Shown: in pieces, positions 9,801 through 15,293 of the stretch | How positions within the stretch are numbered: the stretch's first letter is position 1 | Layout of the letters: every line of letters starts with the position of its first letter | Source of the DNA: an uncultured Candidatus Melainabacteria bacterium | Lineage (GTDB): Bacteria > Cyanobacteriota > Vampirovibrionia > Gastranaerophilales > Gastranaerophilaceae | Assembly: GCA_934699705.1 (NCBI GenBank) | Contig: CAKUXD010000012.1 | Span: 22,683 to 46,682, forward strand | Length of the DNA stretch: 24,000 nt | Direction: 5' to 3' | Position numbers and translations under genes: made by a program | The notes under the pieces: model-generated | Database searches by the model: none | The model's input: only the letters and a program-made list of their open reading frames with translations | Told to the model about the DNA's origin: nothing

Positions 9801-10907
9801 ATTTTTAGTATCTTTTTTGTCTGCTTCGGAAACTAATCTGCTATCATAAATTTGAACAAAAGTAGGCTTTTTAGCGTTGTAATCAGGGTTTTTAGATGTT
9901 TTAATTTGTCCATCTGTACCTTGTTCATATTTATAAGGTGAGTTTACAATCTTATGTTCAACATAATCTTTGTTCTTAGCAAAAATACCCATTGATAATG
10001 GTCCAGATTGAAGGCCACTAGCTCTAAACCAGTTATAAAATGGTGATTTTTCGCCCCACTTTAACATGTGTTTGAAATGAATACCTTCTAAACCTTCGTT
10101 TACAAACGCACCGTCTGAAACAAAGTTTATACCATTTTTAAATAATTTCTTTTGTAAAGATGCATAATTGTCGATGTTTCCGATAGAATTTGACATTTGC
10201 ATACAGTTTTTATTCCAATAACTGTGAGAAGATAAGCTGTCATCTGTAAATATTGGAGTAGAAACAATTCTTGTATAGCCAGCTTTTTTTAATTTATCAA
10301 CATTAGCCTCAATACCAGCCAATGTTCCGCCCATTTTATTTGAAAAAGTTCTTGTCGCATATTTAGCTTTCTCTTGAATATTCTTGTTTAAAGCTGGTTT
10401 GCCTTTTTCATCATAAACCCAGCCTACTGCGTAAGAATCAGGAATTGCAAGCGTCATAGAACCACCTTTTGAAACCTGTGTTCCGTCTTGCATTACAAGG
10501 TTAAATTTATCAAAGTTACCATTCTTCGAATAGTCAATCACAGAGCCTGCGTCAACCTGATAGAAAGATTTTGAGTTATCACGTTTATCAACTAATTTAT
10601 AGCGATATGCAAAAGGTTCTTTATTGCTTAATTCATCATAAGCATAACCCATATCAATCTTAACTCCGCTATTGTTAAGTTTTACTGACTTTACTCCTAA
10701 ATCAGTATTTGTAAGCATTTTGTTTACATTATAATTCGCGTTTTTGTCTTTCTTTACGCTAAAAACTTCCAAATAACAGTCATATTTATTACTGTCATGT
10801 GGAAAATTAAATTCAAATTCGCTTGCTCCTGTTTCGGACTTCTTATGGTTAAATCCAGTAAAATTCGGGGTTTTAACTGGGGATAATAAATTTAAATTGA
10901 TTTTCAT
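6837..10907 (-). CDS. Very large GH13 (alpha-amylase family) protein with giant insertions
   Basis: GH13 landmarks in order: GGTLAGIEANVDKLKKAGYTRIVSTPIF..HSYW (aa 193-231); region I GINFVSDGAFVNE (aa 259-271); region II GLDWRIDAAKD (aa 791-801); region III YMVAEVTDE (aa 841-849); region IV FVGNHDKPR (aa 936-944); beta8 PGNPTMYAGDELGM (aa 1111-1124). AAGG sits 6 nt before the ATG. No signal peptide evident. Confidence 0.8.
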   Translation of the reverse strand: MKINLNLLSPVKTPNFTGFNHKKSETGASEFEFNFPHDSNKYDCYLEVFSVKKDKNANYNVNKMLTNTDLGVKSVKLNNSGVKIDMGYAYDELSNKEPFAYRYKLVDKRDNSKSFYQVDAGSVIDYSKNGNFDKFNLVMQDGTQVSKGGSMTLAIPDSYAVGWVYDEKGKPALNKNIQEKAKYATRTFSNKMGGTLAGIEANVDKLKKAGYTRIVSTPIFTDDSLSSHSYWNKNCMQMSNSIGNIDNYASLQKKLFKNGINFVSDGAFVNEGLEGIHFKHMLKWGEKSPFYNWFRASGLQSGPLSMGIFAKNKDYVEHKIVNSPYKYEQGTDGQIKTSKNPDYNAKKPTFVQIYDSRLVSEADKKDTKNLIKSYDKLDTGNTYDINNHNDTVVPYSFEINPETYNKNVKNLNAYNKNADKKIMLDQPLAAKFLTQSESYVLEDKFENGFETWDANTDIAKLNFVFSHADTKRLENLPRHEREYQTQLIKAKNFEAQDYVVNSGKYWTRKTNDILNEYVAQELKNVSSDPKKAMAQIQALTQKGELPANNDINENIVKNVIKGDYESKTTKLTDNYKELTLQSIMSLPLDSIEFADDTSAVLSSSFITNRATKADQIGMSRYEMFKAGNPQVTAENKDIYKKADTLFTEDLFRFTNDVMQKVNKNLGGKLFDGDKVSKLGKYVLPLVNQDIAKFALVKAVAPNSQAKMNEDGTVSYDYNKLKEETTLASMNILADSPEDEANLVIKRLKSGIKNISLKDKDAITSAVTKRLEGLNENSFALAEMIVDRNNAGLDWRIDAAKDIADMDALRNGNANFKDEWSSVIDFWRNFSKGVIGENKNAYMVAEVTDEFALHDNSGKFSTAKDAVMKLHQEAGMTSIANYSYFFTDVANIFNKDITTGVTLDANGRERKIFDKMVGSDNYLNSAPLDSILYSYTFVGNHDKPRMLHCLSLDMELFHTNFADNYNHKKIATAILKDKMYNQVTDADINSIDFNKVSNKAIAMADAVKGGFGKALGQVFYGQKKDEAFSAISKSIADLASGKYMDKEFSADAFGTKPFDTTIKYVIKQAEAKHGLNISKEEKSKLFNATFETILKPSMTKFQAMMGFLVSLPGNPTMYAGDELGMTGYEEKAKNVYIQNRNAVRWDWLNDKNKQFVQDFYNKMNETMALRDRPELKALNDGAPFTLDLHKDVQTGKPVSAILRQSADGAMAVTLFNANNVNLDKEAEYHPTHVKLDSISLHTTNNDKVGLRGGLKVGTTFKNADNRDKSLYKVCEDKGNYFIKRFNNEEDYRYVMSTGKYRDDNRVDMYDSTLILYSVPEKTEKTRVMYNPQYNFATNPYKTVSKAETGSKLELLAK

Positions 10908-11097
10908 TTTCTACCTTTACACACTATATAGTTATTTATTTTAATGCTTATGAATATTTTTTTTGCGCGTCATGCCTAATTTTGTTACAAAAATTTTACA
11001 TGAATTTTTTCTATTATTTTTAGAGTTTTGTAAAAAACTAGCCATTAAATCGAAAACATGCGAAAATGTCATTGTTAATGTACGTGGAGGATTTATT

Positions 11098-11874
11098 TTG
11101 AATTTTACGGCAATTTTTGCTTTATTTTTTGGAATTATATTAGTATTTTTAAGTCAAAAATCTGATGGAGGCTCTTTAAGTTTACTTATTCAGCCCGTTG
11201 CGTTTTGCATTGTTATTGGAGGTAGCTTTTGCGCGGTTTTATTAAACTTTAATTTACATACATTAATAAATTCTTTAAAAAGCGTAACTTCTGTTTTTGT
11301 AAAAACTCCAGATAATTCTTCAAAGGTTTTAAGTGAAATTATTCAAATAGCATATTTCGCCCGTAGAAACGGACTTTTTGCTTTGCAAGAAGTGCTTTCA
11401 AATATCTCTGAACCTTTTTTAGCAAGAGGGTTACAATTGGCAATTGACGTGAATAATCCTTCTTTGGTGTATGATATTTTATCAGCAGAAATTTCTTATG
11501 AGGAAGAAGAAGAATTAATTTCTTCGCGCGTATTTGAGGCTCTTGGTGGTTATGCACCTACTTTTGGTGTTGTTGGTGCTGTAATGGGGCTTATTAGAGT
11601 AATGCAGGATATTAGAAATTTGGATATTGTTGGTGTTGGTATTGCAACGGCTTTTGTTGCAACGCTTTACGGGGTAGGTTTTGCAAATTTAATATTTTTA
11701 CCAATTGCAGGAAATTTAAAACAAAAAACGAGAGAAAAAATCTTGCTGAAAGAAATAGTTTTGCAAGGTATTATTTCTATTCAAATGCAGGAAAATCCTG
11801 CTGTTATAGAGGAAAAATTAATCGCTTATTTGAAATTTCATAATAAATCAACTCGTATGGAGGTTGGTGCTTAG
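11098..11874 (+). CDS. motA: Flagellar motor stator protein MotA (MotA/TolQ/ExbB proton-channel family)
   Basis: Four TM segments; conserved YAPTFGVVGAVMGLI and GFANLIFLPIAGNLK motifs. Start placed at TTG 11098 (GGAGG 7 nt upstream), giving approx. 258 aa. The track start at 10963 adds 45 aa of non-MotA-like sequence with no SD. Confidence 0.85.
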   Translation: MNFTAIFALFFGIILVFLSQKSDGGSLSLLIQPVAFCIVIGGSFCAVLLNFNLHTLINSLKSVTSVFVKTPDNSSKVLSEIIQIAYFARRNGLFALQEVLSNISEPFLARGLQLAIDVNNPSLVYDILSAEISYEEEEELISSRVFEALGGYAPTFGVVGAVMGLIRVMQDIRNLDIVGVGIATAFVATLYGVGFANLIFLPIAGNLKQKTREKILLKEIVLQGIISIQMQENPAVIEEKLIAYLKFHNKSTRMEVGA

Positions 11875-12509
11875 TGCGAAACGATTATTATTCAAATTCA
11901 AAAGACTATATTAATAGATGGGTGGTTTCTTATGCAGATTTAGTAACCATGCTTTTGGCTTTGTTCATGGTTTTGTTTGCAGTATCGCAAAATGTTACGA
12001 AATATCAAGCAAAAATGATTGCCGAACATCGTATTCAAATCCCTGTTGAGTCGCCAATGGTGCAAATTGAGGGCTTAGAAGAATTAAAAGAACTTTTTGA
12101 TGAAAATATTTCGCAATCTGAGAATATAAAATACTTAAAAGATAGCAGAGGACTGATTATTAGGCTAAATAATTCGGTGCTTTTTGATGAAGGTTCTGCT
12201 ATAATTAAAAAAGATGCATTGAAAACAGTTGATGAAATTATAGATACAATTTCAAAAGTTGATAACAATGTTATGGTAGAAGGTCATACGGATTCAACTC
12301 CGATAAGCAATGAAAAATATCCTTCAAATTGGGAGTTATCAACTGCCAGAGCAACAAATATTATTGCATATATGCTTTCTACTAAGAAAATTCAACCGAA
12401 TAGACTTTCTGCTGTTGGTTATGGAGAATTTATGCCAATTGCAGATAATACATCAATTGGTGGAAGATTATTAAACCGCAGAGTTGATATAATTATTTTG
12501 AAAAAGTAA
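11874..12509 (+). CDS. motB: Flagellar motor stator protein MotB (OmpA-like peptidoglycan-binding C-terminus)
   Basis: WVVSYADLVTMLLALFMVLF with the conserved channel Asp. C-terminal OmpA-like motifs GHTDSTP, NWELSTARA, NRRVDIIIL. GTG start overlaps the motA TAG (TAGTG); GGAGG 10 nt upstream. Confidence 0.9.
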   Translation: MRNDYYSNSKDYINRWVVSYADLVTMLLALFMVLFAVSQNVTKYQAKMIAEHRIQIPVESPMVQIEGLEELKELFDENISQSENIKYLKDSRGLIIRLNNSVLFDEGSAIIKKDALKTVDEIIDTISKVDNNVMVEGHTDSTPISNEKYPSNWELSTARATNIIAYMLSTKKIQPNRLSAVGYGEFMPIADNTSIGGRLLNRRVDIIILKK

Positions 12510-12524
12510 TAATTGGAGAATAAT

Positions 12525-13157
12525 ATGGCTAAACCAAATCAAACTAAAGATATGAAACCAAAAGAAAATGACGAATTAGTAAAAGTTCCGATTGATAACA
12601 ATTTGAAATTAGTTTTAATTAACATTATTTCAACAATTTTAATTTGTGTCTTGTTAATTGGAGTTAATTACCTATTGCAAGAAAATCTTTTAAATAAAAA
12701 ATTAAGTGCAATTACAACTTCAGAAAATTCTGATGAGGATAATGTTCCTCAAAATGAAGAAGAAGTTCAAAAAGGTATTATTGTTGACTTAGGAGATTTT
12801 ATTTTAAATCTTAGTGATCCAAGTCAAAAGAAATATTTGAAGGTTAATGTTGCATTAGAGCTTTCAAGAATACCAACTGACCCAGATTTTAGTAAACCAC
12901 AAGAAGAAAAATCTGGCGGTCATGGTTCTTCTGATGACAACGACCCTATGAAGTTAATAGAAGCAGAAATGGCTCAATATAAGCCTGCAATTAGAGATGC
13001 GGTTATTTCGAATTTCTCAAGTAAAACTGCTGATGAAGTCTCAACTACTGCTGGTAAAGAACTTGTAAAAGAACAAATTACAGAAGATGTTAACGCAATA
13101 TTTGCAGGCGAAAGAGAAGTTATCAGAGTAAACTTCGGTCAATTTATTATTCAGTAA
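12525..13157 (+). CDS. fliL: Flagellar basal-body-associated protein FliL
   Basis: Single N-terminal TM helix, then a FliL-type domain (VDLGDFILNLSD..KYLKVNVALEL...IRDAVISNFSSKT..., ending FGQFIIQ). ATG 12525 is preferred over TTG 12513 because GGAG lies 6 nt upstream. Confidence 0.85.
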   Translation: MAKPNQTKDMKPKENDELVKVPIDNNLKLVLINIISTILICVLLIGVNYLLQENLLNKKLSAITTSENSDEDNVPQNEEEVQKGIIVDLGDFILNLSDPSQKKYLKVNVALELSRIPTDPDFSKPQEEKSGGHGSSDDNDPMKLIEAEMAQYKPAIRDAVISNFSSKTADEVSTTAGKELVKEQITEDVNAIFAGEREVIRVNFGQFIIQ

Positions 13158-13166
13158 TGAGGTAAA

Positions 13167-14186
13167 ATGTCAGATTATCAACAAAGTTCTAATAATTTAT
13201 ATTCAGGAAATTCCTACAATTCGGGAATTTCCAATTCTGGCAGTAAAAATTCTGATGATGAATACAAAAAAGGGTACAAATTATATAACTTTAGAAGACC
13301 TGATAAATTTTCAAAAGAACATTTAAGAGCGTTACAAGATGTGCATAGAGAATTTTCAAGACAATTATCTCTTGTCTTGACTGCTTATTTGCGTATGCGT
13401 ATTGAAATTGAAGTTGTTTCCACAGACCAACTTACGTATGATGAATTTATACGTTCGATGCCATCACCTATGACTATTGGTATTTTTGAGTTAAATCCAC
13501 TTCCTGGGCAAATTTTACTTGGTATAAGTTTTGAAATTCTATCTTGTATTGTAGACCGTATGCTAGGTGGTTTGGGTTTAAGCGAATATAAACAAAGAGA
13601 ATTAACAGATATTGAAGAAGCTCTTGCTAAAAAAGTTATTGAGCGTATTGTTAAGAATTTGGAAAGTTCTTGGAGTAACATTATTCCAGTTCAAGGTAAT
13701 GTTGTAGGCTTGGATAATAATTATCAAATGGTTCAAGTTGCATCAACAGGTGAAATTGTGGCATTGATTACCTTTGAAATTCAGGTTGCAGGTAAATACT
13801 TTGGTTTAATGTCCTTGTGTTTCCCATATCCAGTTTTGGAAACAGTTTTGGCAAATTTATCTACTCAACATATTTTCCAAACAAAAGGTATTATCGCAAC
13901 GACTGAAGAACGTCAAAAAATGATTCAAAAATTAAACACTTCAAACGTTGATTTGAGCGTAATTTTAGGAACTACCGATATTTTACTTGAGGAATTTTTG
14001 GATTTAAAAGAAGGCGATATTATTAAACTTGATACAAAAACGACTGATGATTTGATTGTAAAAGTAAACGGTGAAAAGAAATATTTTGCTCGCCCAGGTA
14101 CAGTAGAAGAAAATGTAAGCGTTAAAATTACTGAGGTTTACGACCATCAACAAGATTTATTAAAACACTATTATGATAAAAAATAA
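13167..14186 (+). CDS. fliM: Flagellar motor switch protein FliM
   Basis: YNFRRPDKFSKEHLRALQDVHREFSRQLS, DQLTYDEFIRSMPSPM and DRMLGGLG motifs plus a C-terminal SpoA-like segment (LKEGDIIKLD). An in-frame TGA at 13158-13160 excludes a longer N-terminus. Confidence 0.9.
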   Translation: MSDYQQSSNNLYSGNSYNSGISNSGSKNSDDEYKKGYKLYNFRRPDKFSKEHLRALQDVHREFSRQLSLVLTAYLRMRIEIEVVSTDQLTYDEFIRSMPSPMTIGIFELNPLPGQILLGISFEILSCIVDRMLGGLGLSEYKQRELTDIEEALAKKVIERIVKNLESSWSNIIPVQGNVVGLDNNYQMVQVASTGEIVALITFEIQVAGKYFGLMSLCFPYPVLETVLANLSTQHIFQTKGIIATTEERQKMIQKLNTSNVDLSVILGTTDILLEEFLDLKEGDIIKLDTKTTDDLIVKVNGEKKYFARPGTVEENVSVKITEVYDHQQDLLKHYYDKK

Positions 14187-14200
14187 GAAAGGATTCATTA

Positions 14201-14773
14201 ATGTTTGAAAATGATGACGATATTGAAAACTTCAATCCATTAGATGATTCAGCTTCTGATTCAGACTTGGATTTTACTGAAAATTTCAAAGATGCTAAGG
14301 AAGAGCAACCTGAAATTATAATGTCTGATGATGACGCAAATGTTAATTCTGATATTGATATGGATAATATTTTTGCGGATATACCTCCAATGCCAGAAGA
14401 AGAAATTCCTCAGGAAGATGATGCACATGTTCCAAGTGGTGATGAAACAGTTACTGTGCAACCTGTAAAATTTCCTTCTTTTGATGATGCTCAAAGCGCT
14501 TCAGGTAATGCGTCTAAAAATTTGGATAACTTGTTAGATATTAAACTTCAATTGACTGTTGAATTAGGTCGAACAACATTACCAGTTAAAAAAGTTCTTG
14601 AACTGACTAGAGGTTCAATTATTGAGTTGGAAAAAATTGCAGGTGAACCTGTTGAACTTTACGCAAATGGAAAATTGATTGCGCATGGCGAAGTTGTTGT
14701 TATTGAAGATAATTTCGGTTTAAGAATTACAAGTATGACAGAGCCAGAAAACAGATTGAACGGTCTTCAATAA
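14201..14773 (+). CDS. fliN: Flagellar motor switch protein FliN with a long acidic N-terminal extension
   Basis: C-terminal SpoA/FliN domain LLDIKLQLTVELGRTTLPVKKVLELTRGSIIELEKIAGEPVELYANGKLIAHGEVVVIEDNFGLRI. N-terminal approx. 105 aa are D/E-rich. Confidence 0.88.
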   Translation: MFENDDDIENFNPLDDSASDSDLDFTENFKDAKEEQPEIIMSDDDANVNSDIDMDNIFADIPPMPEEEIPQEDDAHVPSGDETVTVQPVKFPSFDDAQSASGNASKNLDNLLDIKLQLTVELGRTTLPVKKVLELTRGSIIELEKIAGEPVELYANGKLIAHGEVVVIEDNFGLRITSMTEPENRLNGLQ

Positions 14774-14837
14774 AAGTACTTGAAATTAAAATTTGTTTAT
14801 GGCAGAATGAAATAAGAATTTAATAGTGAATTAAAAT

Positions 14838-14911
14838 GGCAAGATAGCTCAGCTGGTGAGAGCGCTCGGCTCATACCCGGGAGGTCCTCGGTTCGATCCC
14901 GAGTCTTGCTA
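14838..14911 (+). tRNA. tRNA with anticodon CAT (elongator Met, or Ile2 if lysidine-modified); no encoded CCA
   Basis: Manual cloverleaf: acceptor GGCAAGA/TCTTGCT (G1-U72 wobble); D-arm GCTC-AGCTGGTGA-GAGC; anticodon arm CTCGG-CTCATAC-CCGGG (CAT at 14872-14874); variable loop AGGTC; T-arm CTCGG-TTCGATC-CCGAG; discriminator A. C11:G24 and the lack of a C1xA72 mismatch argue against an initiator. Confidence 0.85.
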
Positions 14912-14965
14912 TTTTTGTTGTGAATAGGACCTCACTGGTTGTTTTCACTTCGTTCAACCCCTCTC

Positions 14966-14992
14966 GTAAAAACAATTATTAATTGTTTTTAC
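14966..14992 (+). other. Perfect 12-bp AT-rich hairpin of module X1
   Basis: GTAAAAACAATT (14966-14977), loop ATT, AATTGTTTTTAC (14981-14992). Confidence 0.8.
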
Positions 14993-15041
14993 TCGGCAGA
15001 GTCCGAGAGGTTCGGTTCGATCCCGAGTCTTGCTATTTTTT
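14992..15041 (+). repeat. Partial tRNA-like copy B (degenerate anticodon arm + T-arm + 3' acceptor strand + T6)
   Basis: CTCGG-CAGAGT-CCGAG, AGG, TTCGG-TTCGATC-CCGAG, TCTTGCT, A, TTTTTT. Aligns with tRNA positions 27-73. No 5' acceptor strand or D-arm upstream. Confidence 0.85.
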
Positions 15042-15084
15042 GTTATTTGCTCCCGTGTAATCGCCTCGCGCTGCGCTCGTCTTT

Positions 15085-15123
15085 CTCCATTTTAACTTGA
15101 CATTTAGTCAACTTAAAACGGAG
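15085..15123 (+). other. Long imperfect hairpin of module Y
   Basis: CTCC-A-TTTTAACTTGAC, loop ATTTA, GTCAACTTAAAA-C-GGAG. 15 of 17 positions pair, with C96/C112 and A89/C119 mismatches. Confidence 0.65.
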
Positions 15124-15169
15124 TCCTTCCGTTAGGTCCTCGGTTCGATCCCGAGTCTTGCTATTTTTG
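15118..15169 (+). repeat. Partial tRNA-like copy C (small hairpin + exact copy of the tRNA from the variable loop to the T-run)
   Basis: ACGGA-GTCCT-TCCGT hairpin, then AGGTCCTCGGTTCGATCCCGAGTCTTGCTATTTTTG, identical to 14882-14917. Confidence 0.85.
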
Positions 15170-15217
15170 TTGTGAATAGGACCTCACTGGTTGTTTTCAT
15201 TTTGTTCAAACCCTCTC

Positions 15218-15244
15218 GTGAAAACAATTATTAATTGTTTTCAC
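15218..15244 (+). other. Perfect 12-bp hairpin of module X2, with a compensatory change relative to X1
   Basis: GTGAAAACAATT (15218-15229), loop ATT, AATTGTTTTCAC (15233-15244). Pair 3 is G:C here and A:T in X1. Confidence 0.8.
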
Positions 15245-15293
15245 TCGGCAGAGTCCGAGAGGTTCGGTTCAATCCCGAGTCTTGCTATTTTTA
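15244..15293 (+). repeat. Partial tRNA-like copy D (duplicate of copy B, T-loop G to A)
   Basis: CTCGG-CAGAGT-CCGAG, AGG, TTCGG-TTCAATC-CCGAG, TCTTGCT, A, TTTTT. Confidence 0.85.

Noticed and set aside
10908-11097. Looked for a sigma28 (TAAA-N15-GCCGATAA) promoter upstream of motA; GCCATTAA at about 11041-11048 resembles the -10 element
   Set aside because: No TAAA at the required -35 spacing (the sequence there is AGAG). A 6-of-8 match in AT-rich DNA is not meaningful on its own.
10963-11097. Track start of the motA ORF at ATG 10963 (303 aa)
   Set aside because: The extra 45 residues are not MotA-like and have no SD. TTG 11098 with GGAGG 7 nt upstream gives a typical MotA length of about 258 aa.
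13385-13681. Antisense ORFs inside flagellar genes (11339..11557, 12035..12268, 13385..13681, 14261..14494)
   Set aside because: Embedded opposite clearly homologous motA, motB, fliM and fliN frames, with no SD and biased composition. Shadow ORFs.
14838-14911. Considered calling the CAT tRNA an initiator tRNA-fMet
   Set aside because: It has a G1-U72 pair rather than the C1xA72 mismatch. The anticodon stem is CTCGG/CCGGG, not three consecutive G:C pairs of the GGG/CCC type. The 11:24 pair is C:G (elongator-like). Met versus lysidine-Ile2 identity cannot be resolved by eye.
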